A stretch of 64,000 nt of DNA from an uncultured Pseudomonadales bacterium (GCA_964352475.1 CAYGSL010000002.1:41384-105383), one strand, 5' to 3'. Positions 28,460 through 40,115 are shown, counted from the first letter of the stretch. The notes: generated by a model from the letters alone, not told the origin. A program made the numbers and translations.

Positions 28460-29854
28460 TCAGAGCATAAAGCCTATATCCGAACTGGAAAAATTCGCCA
28501 GATTCGGAAATACGCTATTTAATTGATTTTCCTCCACGCCAAACCAACGCGCCAGGGTGGCGCCGTACTGATCGACCGACGTGGTCGGTATAATACGGCC
28601 CTGTCCGGAATCCTGTTCACCGCCAATTTCAATCTCCGGCATTACGCCATAAATATCCTGGCCACGCACAGCACCACCCATTAGCAATTGATGCCCTCCC
28701 CAACCGTGATCGCTGCCATCGCCATTGCTGGTTAAGGTGCGGCCGAAATCAGCGGCGGTAAATGTGGTGACTGAATTCTGCAAACCAAGCTCTTCAGTTG
28801 CGGCATAGAACGACGCCATCGCTTCGCTCAATTCAGTGAGCAACAGCGGATGGCGGGTGGCCTGATCGCTGTGAGTGTCCCAGCCGCCGAAACCAACAAA
28901 GAATATTTGCCGCGACATGTCCAGCGCGTCGCTGGCGCCAATTAACTGTGCGACCATATTCAGAGACGCACCTAACTGGCCTTGGGGAAAAGAAGTGTTA
29001 AACGGAGCAACGTTTTCCAGGGCGCCGCCAACATCGCCCGCTAAAGCCTGAGCCTGCAATCGCGTATTGGCGAACTCATCGCTGAATAAAGACAGGTTGT
29101 TTTTCTCCAGCAATGCCTGATAGGCCTGTGCTCTGCGCTGTTCCTGTTGGCCGGCCGCATCTGGACTAACACCCAGCAGTGGAATAACACCCGAGGGAGA
29201 CACGTTATAAGGCAGACCTGAGCTACTGAATTGCATCAGGTTTGCACCGCTTAGAGATATGTTCATCGAAAGCTGTTGATTAGTGTTCTGATTGCCTAAC
29301 AAATCTGCCAAGCGCCCTGCCCAGCCTACAGGCATGGGTGCTTCTGGCGCCAGGCTTTGCCAAAAGTCTTGCTGGTCGTTGTGGGAAAACAGTCTGGGTG
29401 GCAAGGCAACGGTCTGCCCCAGGTAGCTGTCACGCGTGGTCGGCTCAACCAGGGCGCCAACGTTTGCCAGGATGGCCAGATTGCCGGTTTGAAACAGGGT
29501 TTGCGCTGCTTCCATGCCGGGGTGAAAACCGTATTCGTTGCCATCTGGTGACGCCGCCGTTATTGGCAATAGCGCGCTCTGGTCAACCGCCAAAGTCTGC
29601 CTGGCTTGCGCGTATTGCTGGTAGGCACTGTCGCTGCGTGGCACAACCATATTGAATGAGTCGTTACCGCCATAAAGAAAAATGCAAACCATGGCTTTGT
29701 AATCGCCGCTGGATTGCGCCATGGCTTTGCTGATGCCCATGCTACTCATTACACTGGCGCCGGCACCAAGCGCCACACTGTTGCGTAAAAAGCCGCGGCG
29801 GCTATTGCTCAGCAGCTTTCTTTCGCCGGTAAGTATTCGTGATGACTTGCTCAT
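28460..29854 (-). CDS. DUF1501 domain protein (Tat-exported, sulfatase/phosphatase-like fold)
   Basis: 464 aa. Twin-arginine signal SRRGFLRNSVALGAGAS; YGGNDSFN and SDHGWGG motifs typical of DUF1501. Paired with DUF1800 upstream. Confidence 0.88.
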   Translation of the reverse strand: MSKSSRILTGERKLLSNSRRGFLRNSVALGAGASVMSSMGISKAMAQSSGDYKAMVCIFLYGGNDSFNMVVPRSDSAYQQYAQARQTLAVDQSALLPITAASPDGNEYGFHPGMEAAQTLFQTGNLAILANVGALVEPTTRDSYLGQTVALPPRLFSHNDQQDFWQSLAPEAPMPVGWAGRLADLLGNQNTNQQLSMNISLSGANLMQFSSSGLPYNVSPSGVIPLLGVSPDAAGQQEQRRAQAYQALLEKNNLSLFSDEFANTRLQAQALAGDVGGALENVAPFNTSFPQGQLGASLNMVAQLIGASDALDMSRQIFFVGFGGWDTHSDQATRHPLLLTELSEAMASFYAATEELGLQNSVTTFTAADFGRTLTSNGDGSDHGWGGHQLLMGGAVRGQDIYGVMPEIEIGGEQDSGQGRIIPTTSVDQYGATLARWFGVEENQLNSVFPNLANFSSSDIGFML

Positions 29855-29888
29855 AGTAATTCCTCTGATGTCAATGTGTGGCAGGCCC

Positions 29889-31631
<1,743 letters not shown>

Positions 31632-31774
31632 CGATTCACCCTCACAAGCTGGTTCTTGCCCTGCCGCGTAGTTGCGGTGTGCTTGTAGGGTTTAACCCAG
31701 GCTTTTCGATTTGGTTGACCTGAGATCTTTCAATTGGATGAACGGTAAGTGGGCCGTCTATCTGTCCGTCATCG

Positions 31775-33277
31775 TTAAAACTCCACCATCGCCCTATACC
31801 CCATCGCCTCCAATAACGACGCCTTACTAATCCCCTCCTCCGCTTTCATATCCGCGATTGTGCGCGCGACTTTCAAGACCTTGTGATAAGCGCGAGCCGA
31901 TAAATTGAGTTGCTCACTGGCAGCGTACAGCAGCTCCTGCTCTGGATCGGCAAGTTTGCAGATATCGCGGATTTGTGGGCTGCTCAAGTCGCTGTTCAGG
32001 CAGTTCTGGCGTTGCAGCTGAACTGTGCGCGCCGCATTAACGCGTTTTAGTACGGTTGCACTGCTTTCTTCCTCACAATCACGGTTCTCAAATTCTCTGG
32101 GCGAAACCCGGCTAACGGTAACGTGCAGGTCTATGCGGTCCAGAAGCGGTCCGGACAGTTTGCGGTTATAGCGGGCTATTTGTTCCGGCGTGCAGCGACA
32201 TTGCACGCGTTGGTCGCCGTCGTAGCCGCAGGGGCAGGGGTTTCTGGCTGCAACCAGCTGAAAACGGCATGGGTATGAAACCTGCTCGCGGGCCCTGGAG
32301 ATACAAATCTCGCCGCTTTCCATGGGTTCACGCAACACTTCTACAACGCTGCGTGGGAATTCAGGAAATTCATCCAGAAACAATACGCCGTTATGGGCCA
32401 GCGATATTTCACCTGGTCGTGGGTGGCTGCCGCCGCCAACCATGGCAGTGGACGAGGCGCTGTGATGAGGGGCGCGAAAAGGTGGCGAGGCGGCAAAAGG
32501 AATAAAGTCGCTACTAACGGCAAGCGAATGAATCGACGCTACTTGCAATACCTGCTCGCTGCTCAACTCAGGCAAAATCCCCGGCATGCGGCTGGCCAGC
32601 ATGGTTTTACCGGTACCAGGTGGCCCGGTGAACAACACATTGTGACGGCCGGAGGCGGCAATCTCTATGGCGCGTTTGGCCATGAACTGGCCTTTTACGT
32701 CAGAAAAATCGCCATGTGGCTGCGCTGAAGTCTGTAAGTTTGTGATCGGCACCGGTGACAGTTTGGTATTGCCATTGAGGTGGGCGCAGAGTTCCAGAAG
32801 ATCCCCCGCGGCATAGATTTCGCTGTGCTCCAGAATACCGGCTTCAGTAGCGTTCGCGGCGGGCACAAACAGTGTGTTGCCGGTGTCGGCGCCTTGTATA
32901 AGAGAGGGTAACAAGCCTTTTACGTAGCGAAGTTCGCCGTTCAGGCCGAGTTCTGCATAGAACTCGCTATGATCCAGCGCTTGCTCGGGCAGTTGGCCAG
33001 ACGCCACCAGCACTCCCAGGGCAATAGCCAGATCATAGCGGCCGCCGTGCTTTGGAATGTCGGCCGGGGCAAGATTCACGGTAATGCGAGTATCTGGAAA
33101 CTCAAAATGGGCGTTGAGCAGAGCGCTGCGCACCCGGTCTTTGCTTTCTTTTACCGCGGTTTGCGCCAAACCAACAATATGAAAAGCGGGCAGCCCGTTC
33201 GATAAATGAGTTTCTACGGTAACGCGTGGCGCTTCTATACCAATCTGCGCGCGCGTATGTACAACGGCAATAGACAT
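31775..33277 (-). CDS. yifB: YifB/ComM family Mg-chelatase-like ATPase
   Basis: 500 aa. Walker A GPPGTGKTM, VLFLDEFPEF, Cys cluster CPCG...C.C. N-terminal Lon-like domain. Confidence 0.92.
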   Translation of the reverse strand: MSIAVVHTRAQIGIEAPRVTVETHLSNGLPAFHIVGLAQTAVKESKDRVRSALLNAHFEFPDTRITVNLAPADIPKHGGRYDLAIALGVLVASGQLPEQALDHSEFYAELGLNGELRYVKGLLPSLIQGADTGNTLFVPAANATEAGILEHSEIYAAGDLLELCAHLNGNTKLSPVPITNLQTSAQPHGDFSDVKGQFMAKRAIEIAASGRHNVLFTGPPGTGKTMLASRMPGILPELSSEQVLQVASIHSLAVSSDFIPFAASPPFRAPHHSASSTAMVGGGSHPRPGEISLAHNGVLFLDEFPEFPRSVVEVLREPMESGEICISRAREQVSYPCRFQLVAARNPCPCGYDGDQRVQCRCTPEQIARYNRKLSGPLLDRIDLHVTVSRVSPREFENRDCEEESSATVLKRVNAARTVQLQRQNCLNSDLSSPQIRDICKLADPEQELLYAASEQLNLSARAYHKVLKVARTIADMKAEEGISKASLLEAMGYRAMVEF

Positions 33278-33311
33278 ATTGATCCCTCCATGGATACACG
33301 TCTGCGGATGC

Positions 33312-33329
33312 GTCGGCCTTGGGGCCGAC
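33312..33329 (-). terminator. hairpin downstream of ubiK
   Basis: gtcggcc-ttgg-ggccgac, a 7-bp GC-rich stem with no U-tract. Confidence 0.3.
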
Positions 33330-33332
33330 TGA

Positions 33333-33599
33333 CTACTTCAGCGAATTACTGATCTGCTCAAGCTCCTGCTCAAGTTCTTCCACCCGGCTTCGGGTTTTAC
33401 GCAAAACCTCCTGTTGTGCGTCAAATTCCTCTCGGGTCACAATGTCCAGCTTGCTGAATACATTTTGAACAATGGACTGTACGCTTTTTTGCAACTCGTT
33501 GCGAGCATCAGCAGCGGTTGAGCTGTCGCCACCACTGATGCTGGTAAACAATTGGCCCAGCTGATCGCTGAGCTGCTGGATAATTCGGTCTCTAATCAT
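33333..33599 (-). CDS. ubiK: ubiquinone biosynthesis accessory factor UbiK (YqiC/BMFP family)
   Basis: 88 aa coiled-coil protein. VTREEFDAQQEVLRKTRSRVEELEQEL is typical of the family. Confidence 0.8.
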   Translation of the reverse strand: MIRDRIIQQLSDQLGQLFTSISGGDSSTAADARNELQKSVQSIVQNVFSKLDIVTREEFDAQQEVLRKTRSRVEELEQELEQISNSLK

Positions 33600-33685
33600 G
33601 TGTGAAGTGCTTGCGAGTGACGCTGCATTCTACCGAACTGTGCACCAGCATGCCTGCTATTGCCTGCGGCAATGGTAGATTTTGG

Positions 33686-33702
33686 TGCGCTATTACGGTG
33701 CA
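33686..33702 (+). promoter_or_regulatory. candidate NtrC enhancer site
   Basis: TGCGCTattacGGTGCA versus the consensus TGCACC-N5-GGTGCA (10/12), about 85-100 bp upstream of the sigma54 promoter. An extra TGCACC half-site lies at 33641-33646. Confidence 0.35.
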
Positions 33703-33785
33703 CAGTCTTATTTTGGCGCGAAATTCCTACCCTTTTTTTCTACAGAGCAGCTCTAAGCCATTGAATTAATGCAATAAACACTAAC

Positions 33786-33801
33786 TGGCACAGTACCTGC
33801 T
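33786..33801 (+). promoter_or_regulatory. sigma54 (-24/-12) promoter
   Basis: TGGCACagtacCTGCT matches TGGCAC-N5-TTGCW with correct GG/GC spacing, 58 nt upstream of the porin gene start. Confidence 0.55.
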
Positions 33802-33858
33802 AAATGCTACTCATCATTAACTTAAGCGGGCCTAATGCCTGGCTTTCTGGAGCACAAC

Positions 33859-34512
33859 ATGAAAAAAGCATTTATTGGAATAGCGGCAGCGGCTTCTATG
33901 TTATCAACCTTACCGGTTAACGCCGATGTATCCGTGAGCGGCAATCTGGGCGTCATGTCAGACTATTTCTACCGCGGAATATTTCAATCAGACAGCGTCG
34001 CCAACGGCGGGCTTAATCTGGAAGCCGGTGGATTTTACCTGGGCACCTGGGCAGCTGATGTGGATGACGGCCTGGAAGTCGATGTATTCGGCGGCTATGG
34101 TCACGAATTTGAAGGTGGTTTTAGCGCAGGCATTGGCTTCACCGGTTATTACTACACAGGCGAATTTGATGACACCTACCAGGAAATCAACCTCAGCGTA
34201 GGTTGGAACTTTCTATCGGTTGATTATGCGATTGGCGAATACGACAACTTTGGCGGCGCCAAGCAAGACTATGACTTTTTAAGCGTTAGCGCTGAATACA
34301 ATGGCCTGTACGCCCTGTTTGGCAGCTTTGGTGACGACTTTAGCGGCGACTACTGGGAGCTGGGCTACGGCATGGAAGTGGCGGGTTTTGATGTAACCGG
34401 CTCGATTATCATTAACGACAAAGAGCTTTCCGGTACGGTAGATTCCAGCGGAAATCCCGATGCGGACGAATCGTTTGTGCTGAGCATCAGTAAATCAATC
34501 GATATTATGTAA
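33859..34512 (+). CDS. TorF-family putative outer-membrane porin
   Basis: ORF 33835..34512. Start taken at MKKAFIGIAAAASM (signal peptide). GNLGVMSDYFYRGIFQSD...GFYLGTWAADV resembles the proteobacterial TorF/TIGR02001-type beta-barrel often found next to glnK/amtB. Confidence 0.8.
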   Translation: MKKAFIGIAAAASMLSTLPVNADVSVSGNLGVMSDYFYRGIFQSDSVANGGLNLEAGGFYLGTWAADVDDGLEVDVFGGYGHEFEGGFSAGIGFTGYYYTGEFDDTYQEINLSVGWNFLSVDYAIGEYDNFGGAKQDYDFLSVSAEYNGLYALFGSFGDDFSGDYWELGYGMEVAGFDVTGSIIINDKELSGTVDSSGNPDADESFVLSISKSIDIM

Positions 34513-34595
34513 GCGCCAAGTACGCACAACAAGTAAGCCGGGCAGGTGAAATCAAGGCGATCAATAAATGCTACTATTGCTGCCATAGAGAATAG

Positions 34596-34946
<351 letters not shown>

Positions 34947-34969
34947 TTGCCCGCTTAAAAAGAAGGAAG

Positions 34970-35003
34970 AAAAAAACCGGCCGTGGTAAGCCGGTTTTTT
35001 TTG
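34970..35003. terminator. bidirectional rho-independent terminator after glnK
   Basis: A-run, ccggc-cgtggtaa-gccgg stem-loop, then T8 (aaaaaaaccggccgtggtaagccggtttttttt). Confidence 0.8.
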
Positions 35004-35130
35004 CTTTTCTCCACACCTGGTCTATACATAAAGTCTGCCAATTAAAGGCGCAGGAAACGTGCTGAAGCAAAGTGCCAGCTAGCTCAACACGTTAGATCAA
35101 AAAATGACCATCAAGTGGGGATGATAGAGC

Positions 35131-35355
35131 ATGAAAACGGCCGCTGTAGAGCATCAGCTCAAAGATTATCTGGGCAGTAAAGACGATAACGCTGAAACAC
35201 GTACTGTTGGTACGCGCGTTCGCTTGCGAAGTAAAATGGAATCTGAAATCGAGGCGTTCTTGCAACGCGGCGGACAAATCGCTGAAATCGAAGCGAATGT
35301 TATGGCCGATCCTCCCCGCAAGCCCACCAGCGACTACGGCAGCCAGCCAATTTAG
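35131..35355 (+). CDS. sutA: SutA-like RNA polymerase-binding small protein
   Basis: 74 aa. The C-terminal FLQRGGQIAEIEANVMADPPRKPTSDYGSQPI matches my recollection of the conserved SutA C-terminus (FLSRGGKVQEIEPNVVADPPKKP..YGS.PI). Confidence 0.7.
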   Translation: MKTAAVEHQLKDYLGSKDDNAETRTVGTRVRLRSKMESEIEAFLQRGGQIAEIEANVMADPPRKPTSDYGSQPI

Positions 35356-35364
35356 CTTCTAACC

Positions 35365-35390
35365 GGAAACGGGCTTTCCTGCCCGTTTCC
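35365..35390. terminator. perfect 10-bp hairpin between convergent sutA-like and HAD genes
   Basis: ggaaacgggc-tttcct-gcccgtttcc. No clear U-tract on either strand. Confidence 0.5.
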
Positions 35391-35397
35391 TCTACCG

Positions 35398-36099
35398 CTA
35401 TAAGCTTTTGATCGCGTCCGGTAACTCGTTTACAGACGTCAGAATCAAATCGGGTTGTTGTTCATGCGGCCAGGGTTCTCCCTCAGGGTTTATCCAGACG
35501 CATGGAATTCCCAGCTGTTGCGCTCCCAGCACATCGTGTTCGGGGTTGTCGCCAATGTGCAGCATTTCATGTGCGGCTATTTCGAATTTCTGCAATGCCA
35601 ATTCAAAATGAGGCGCGGCCGGTTTGCTGGAGTTAATGTCTTCAGCCTTGATACCGAAATCAAACAAGTGGGAAATATCCAGGCGCATTACATCAGCATT
35701 GCCGTTGGTCAACGCCACTAACTGAAACCGTTCTTTTAATCCAGCCAGGGTCTCTTCTACGCCGTCATACAGTGTTACGTCGTGCCTGGCCTCAATAAAT
35801 AGCTCGAAAGCTTGCTCTGTCAGCTGACGTGCTTCCAGCTCCGAGTAACCTGAATCGCGGATAAGTAAATACACAGATTCAATTCGAAGCTTGCTTATCT
35901 GGTGATGCAAATCCGGGCGCTGCTTATATAGCTCAATTCGCCGTTGAATAATTGTGTCCTGGTCAAAGCGCTGAAATACTTCCGGGCAACGCTGCCGTAG
36001 AAATTGATTCACTCGCTTTTCTGCGGCTATAAGTACCGGTCTCACCGGCCACAGCGTATCGTCCAGATCAAACGACAATACTTTCAGTGTCTCAGACAT
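35398..36099 (-). CDS. HAD-superfamily hydrolase
   Basis: 233 aa. Motif I FDLDDTLW, motif III/IV region HIGDNPEHDVLGA. 1-nt overlap with the xerC stop. Confidence 0.85.
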   Translation of the reverse strand: MSETLKVLSFDLDDTLWPVRPVLIAAEKRVNQFLRQRCPEVFQRFDQDTIIQRRIELYKQRPDLHHQISKLRIESVYLLIRDSGYSELEARQLTEQAFELFIEARHDVTLYDGVEETLAGLKERFQLVALTNGNADVMRLDISHLFDFGIKAEDINSSKPAAPHFELALQKFEIAAHEMLHIGDNPEHDVLGAQQLGIPCVWINPEGEPWPHEQQPDLILTSVNELPDAIKSL

Positions 36100-37073
36100 C
36101 AGTCGTCATTGCCCTTAACCGCACGCGGATGCGCTTTGTCATACACCTCGGCGAGATGCTGGTAGTCAAGATGGGTATACACTTGCGTGGTGCTGATATT
36201 CGCGTGCCCCAGCAGCTCTTGCAGGGCGCGCAAGTCACCGCTGGATTGCAACAAATGGCTGGCAAAGGAATGGCGCAACATATGTGGGTGCAGCTTATGC
36301 CCCATGGCTTGCTGTTTGCACCAATATTCCAGCCGCGCCTGAACGCTGCGCGGCTTGATGCGGGTGCCGCGTTTACTCAAAAACAGGGCGGTTTCATCGT
36401 TCGCAGGTGAAAAATCCTGCCGCCATTTCATCCATTCGCGAATTGCAGAGGTAGCCTTGGATCCCACCGGCAGGCTGCGGGTTTTGTTGCCCTTACCGGT
36501 TACCAGCAGCATATTAGCCTTAAAATCCAGATCGGCAAGATTAACACTAACCAATTCACTTAAACGCAGGCCGGACGAATACATCAGCTCAAACATGGCT
36601 GCGTCTCTGGCGGCAAGCGCATCATCAGCGCTGATACTGAGAAAGTGTTGAAGTTGATCGACCTCGGCCGCCTTGGGTAAGGTTTTGTTTGTTTTTGGTG
36701 CGCGAACTGAAAGGGCGGGGTTGTGTTTTACTACGGCATTGCGATTGTAGAAACCATACAGCGAACGAATCGATGAGAGTAGCCGCTGTATGCTGCGCCC
36801 GGATAAGCCGCGCCGGTGTTGCTTGCCAACCAAACCACGCACATCCGCCTCAGTCACCTGTTCAGGGCTGGTAAGATCCTGTAGCGCACAATGGTTGCTA
36901 AACAAAGTCAGGTCGCGTTGATACGCGCCCATTGTATTTACCGACAACCGCCGCACTGTACGCCCATAGCTTAAGAACTCATTGATTAATGAGTCCAGCG
37001 TGCGCAGAGGTGTATCGTTTGAGGTTTTGGAATCGCTGATCGGAGGCTTGCTACAAGTATCGCGGTAAGGCAT
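36099..37073 (-). CDS. xerC: site-specific tyrosine recombinase XerC
   Basis: ORF 36099..37091 (TTG); ATG 37073 preferred. Motifs ELMYSSGLRLSEL, HMLRHSFASHLL, LGHANISTTQVYTH. dapF-DUF484-xerC context. Confidence 0.9.
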   Translation of the reverse strand: MPYRDTCSKPPISDSKTSNDTPLRTLDSLINEFLSYGRTVRRLSVNTMGAYQRDLTLFSNHCALQDLTSPEQVTEADVRGLVGKQHRRGLSGRSIQRLLSSIRSLYGFYNRNAVVKHNPALSVRAPKTNKTLPKAAEVDQLQHFLSISADDALAARDAAMFELMYSSGLRLSELVSVNLADLDFKANMLLVTGKGNKTRSLPVGSKATSAIREWMKWRQDFSPANDETALFLSKRGTRIKPRSVQARLEYWCKQQAMGHKLHPHMLRHSFASHLLQSSGDLRALQELLGHANISTTQVYTHLDYQHLAEVYDKAHPRAVKGNDD

Positions 37074-37737
37074 GCGCCAGAACTTCACCAATGTAGCTCA
37101 GAAACAGAGTGCCCATACCGCTCTTGTAGTGCTGCGAGTCACGACTGCCAACCGCCAACAAACCAATATTGGTGGTGTTTCGAATAGGTACGACAGCGGC
37201 CGACTTTATCTGCTCGGCGTTGTCGCCAAACAAAAATTCGTTTTCTTCCTTGCGCAAGATGCCACAGATAACCTGTCGGGCATCCATCAGGTTACCAACT
37301 GACTCACGGGCAGTGGCTGGCGTAACACAGCGGTAGTTACCGGTGGTACGCTCTTGGGCACCGAATAAATACAAGCTGTTGAAATCTGTTTTGAAGTCTT
37401 TTTTGAGGCTTGAATCAAGCGAGTCAACGGCCGCGGACAATGAATCGGCGAGCAATAAGTCCAACACCAGCCGCCGGGTTAACTCAAATAAGCGGTCATT
37501 GTCGCGAGCGTTATCAACCAGTTTTACCAATCGTGAGCGCAGCTCCTGATTGCGTTCTCTAAGCACTCCGAGCTGTCGTTCGACAAGCGACACCGCTGTG
37601 CCGCTCTCGTGCGGCAATTCCAGGTCAGCTAGTACTGCTGGCTGTCTATTAAAAAAGCCAGGGTTTTCGCGTAAAAACGCGGCCACTTGCTCTTCGTCTA
37701 TCTCAGCTAATGGTTGAGCCGGTCTAATCGCACTCAT
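37051..37737 (-). CDS. DUF484 family protein
   Basis: 228 aa, GAF-like C-terminus. Conserved partner between dapF and xerC. N-terminus FLRENPGFF. Confidence 0.85.
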   Translation of the reverse strand: MSAIRPAQPLAEIDEEQVAAFLRENPGFFNRQPAVLADLELPHESGTAVSLVERQLGVLRERNQELRSRLVKLVDNARDNDRLFELTRRLVLDLLLADSLSAAVDSLDSSLKKDFKTDFNSLYLFGAQERTTGNYRCVTPATARESVGNLMDARQVICGILRKEENEFLFGDNAEQIKSAAVVPIRNTTNIGLLAVGSRDSQHYKSGMGTLFLSYIGEVLAHALPRYL

Positions 37738-38564
37738 ATTCGAATCTGGCCTTCAAAAACGGTCATTGCCGGTCCTGTCATAAAAACCGGTTTGCCTTCG
37801 CCCTGCCATTCTAGTTTCAAAACCCCGCCTTTCAAATGGGCTTGGGCCGAATCCGTGAGTAAGTTACGTAATCGGGCGCCCACGAAGGCCGCACACGCAC
37901 CCGTACCGCAGGCCAGTGTTTCACCAACGCCGCGTTCTACCACGCGTAAATCAAAGCTCTGCTGGTCGCGGATTTTGGCAAAACCCACGTTTACCTGCTC
38001 CGGAAAACGTTCATGGCGGCTCAAACTGCGGCCAAGCTTGTTGACACGCATTGAGCGCATATCGTCAACAAACATCACCATGTGCGGATTACCCATAGAC
38101 ACGGCACTGACATCAAACTGCTTGCCTTTGTGCTCAAGCGCGTAGCTGACACTGCGCGAATCGGCGATAAAAGGAATATCAGCAGGATCCAGCCTAGGCA
38201 CGCCCATATTCACCCGCACCTGACCGTCGTCCTCCAGCTTCAGTACCAGCTCGTTATTGCTGGTCTCCACTACAATTTCGCGTTTGCCGGTTAATTGCTT
38301 GTCGTGAACATATTTGGCAAAACAGCGCACGCCGTTGCCACACTGCTCAACTTCGTTACCATCCTGATTGAATATACGGTAGCGAAAATCAACATCCGGG
38401 TTGTGCGGGTGCTCAACCAATAACACCTGGTCGCAGCCAATACCAAAATGCCTATCAGCCAGGCGTCTGATCAAGGTTTTGTTCAGCCTGATATTCTGCG
38501 CAAGCAAATCCAGCACAACAAAATCGTTGCCCAGCCCATGCATTTTGGTGAACTTGATGAGCAT
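37734..38564 (-). CDS. dapF: diaminopimelate epimerase
   Basis: 276 aa. MHGLGNDFVV; catalytic Cys motifs EQCGNG and ACGTGA. Confidence 0.95.
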   Translation of the reverse strand: MLIKFTKMHGLGNDFVVLDLLAQNIRLNKTLIRRLADRHFGIGCDQVLLVEHPHNPDVDFRYRIFNQDGNEVEQCGNGVRCFAKYVHDKQLTGKREIVVETSNNELVLKLEDDGQVRVNMGVPRLDPADIPFIADSRSVSYALEHKGKQFDVSAVSMGNPHMVMFVDDMRSMRVNKLGRSLSRHERFPEQVNVGFAKIRDQQSFDLRVVERGVGETLACGTGACAAFVGARLRNLLTDSAQAHLKGGVLKLEWQGEGKPVFMTGPAMTVFEGQIRI

Positions 38565-38566
38565 GT

Positions 38567-39823
38567 TCAGTTGCCATCCGGCAATAAGGCTTCGCCGGCA
38601 ATCTGATGCGCAAAGTCTTCTCTGGCGCGAACCAGATAGGCGTTTTCGCCGTCCACTATCACTTCGGCGGCGCGTCCACGGCTGTTGTAGTTGGAACTCA
38701 TCACAAAACCATAGGCACCGCTGGATCTTACGGCCAGCAAATCATCGGCTTGAATAGCCAGCGGTCTGTTTTTTGCCAAAAAGTCAGCCGTTTCACAGAT
38801 AGGGCCCACCACATCGTAGTGCTGCAACGGCCGCTGGGCGTTCTCAAGCACAGGATCTATTCCCAGCCAGGCCTGGTACAGCGCCGGGCGTATCATATCG
38901 TTCATTGCGGCATCAACAATCGCGAAATGACGGTCTTCATTGCGTTTCAAGTACAGAACCGAGGTGATCAAGGCGCCGGCATTGGCCACAATCGATCGGC
39001 CAGGCTCAACCAGCAGCTGTACCTCGCGATCAGCAAGCCGTTCGCGCACCTGTTGCAAGTATTCCTGTGGGGTAGGAGGTTGCTCATCTTCATAACAAAC
39101 ACCCAGGCCACCGCCTATATCAATATGGTGAATGGGTATACCGTCACTGGCAAGCTCATCAACCAGCAGCAGAAGACGGTCCAATGCGTCGAGAAAGGGC
39201 GCAGTTTCGGTCAGTTGCGAGCCAATATGGCAATCGATTCCGCAGATCTCTATGTGTGACAGTTCGGCCGCCTGGCGGTACACCGCTTTGGCTGCATCAA
39301 CCGCAATACCAAATTTATTCTCGCTCAAACCGGTGGAGATGTACGGGTGGGTTTTGGCGTCCACATCGGGATTTACCCGCAGCGATATTCTGGCGGTTTG
39401 CTGAAGTTCACTGGCCACTAGCTGTAATTGATGCAACTCGGCTTCTGATTCAACGTTAAAACAAAAAATGCCCGCTTCCAATGCGTGGCGCATTTCATCA
39501 CGGGTTTTACCAACGCCTGAAAAAACCACTTTACTGGCCGAGCCTCCTGCTGCCAGAACTCGTTCCAGCTCGCCACTTGAGACTACGTCAAAGCCTGAAC
39601 CCAGGCGTGCCAGCACGTTCAATACGGCCAGGTTGGAATTGGCTTTTACCGCATAGCAGATCAGGTGCTCAGAACCGGCCAACGCTTGTTCATACGCGCG
39701 ATACGCCTGCTCAATGGCCGTGCGCGAATACACATAGCAAGGGGTGCCAAACTGCTCGGCAATTTGGCCCAGTGACACCTTGTCGGCGTGCAGCACGCCG
39801 GATTGATAATGCAGGAATGTCAT
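38567..39823 (-). CDS. lysA: diaminopimelate decarboxylase
   Basis: 418 aa. PLP Lys region YAVKANSN, GGGLG, EPGRSIVANAG, CETAD. Confidence 0.95.
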   Translation of the reverse strand: MTFLHYQSGVLHADKVSLGQIAEQFGTPCYVYSRTAIEQAYRAYEQALAGSEHLICYAVKANSNLAVLNVLARLGSGFDVVSSGELERVLAAGGSASKVVFSGVGKTRDEMRHALEAGIFCFNVESEAELHQLQLVASELQQTARISLRVNPDVDAKTHPYISTGLSENKFGIAVDAAKAVYRQAAELSHIEICGIDCHIGSQLTETAPFLDALDRLLLLVDELASDGIPIHHIDIGGGLGVCYEDEQPPTPQEYLQQVRERLADREVQLLVEPGRSIVANAGALITSVLYLKRNEDRHFAIVDAAMNDMIRPALYQAWLGIDPVLENAQRPLQHYDVVGPICETADFLAKNRPLAIQADDLLAVRSSGAYGFVMSSNYNSRGRAAEVIVDGENAYLVRAREDFAHQIAGEALLPDGN

Positions 39824-40008
39824 TGGCCGGGCTCGGTAGAATCGGCCTTGCTGGTTTCGTTCGAACGCTCTTCTGCCTGACTATCCTGCACACTCGGTAC
39901 TGGCTTGTCCTGCGGCTTGTTGGGCAAATACAGCGGCCCTTTCTGCCCGCAAGCTGCCAGCGCGACAACACTGGTTGCCAGCAATGTAGATAAAAATATG
40001 CGTTGCAT
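39820..40008 (-). CDS. lptM: small lipoprotein LptM/YifL (LppL-like)
   Basis: 62 aa. Lipobox LAAC followed by GQKGPLYLP, the family signature. Sits upstream of lysA-dapF. Confidence 0.75.
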   Translation of the reverse strand: MQRIFLSTLLATSVVALAACGQKGPLYLPNKPQDKPVPSVQDSQAEERSNETSKADSTEPGQ

Positions 40009-40115
40009 GCTGATTCAGAGGCTCCATAACCGCCAGATAATACTCAAGATAGCGCGATTATACGGTAGCTCAGGTCGAAATACCTGTGTACTAAAGCGTC
40101 TGATTCAGCGGCTCG

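Noticed and set aside
34947-35130. Looked for an amtB pseudogene remnant after glnK.
   Set aside because: Only 184 bp separate glnK from the next gene. They are occupied by a canonical terminator and AT-richer promoter-like sequence, with no hydrophobic reading frame.
36099-37073. Tyrosine recombinase gene as a possible marker of an integrated mobile element.
   Set aside because: It sits in the conserved lptM-lysA-dapF-DUF484-xerC arrangement with XerC-type motifs. No flanking tRNA, direct repeats or phage/ICE genes are present. It is the chromosomal dimer-resolution XerC.
38606-39259. 217-aa plus-strand ORF antisense to lysA. Similar cases: 39481..39993 +, 41519..42130 +, 44474..44980 -, 62094..62567 -, 62748..63221 -.
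   Set aside because: Each fully overlaps a gene with clear family motifs (lysA, algZ, hemC/hemD, DUF4124, FKBP). All look like frame shadows in GC-rich codon-biased DNA.
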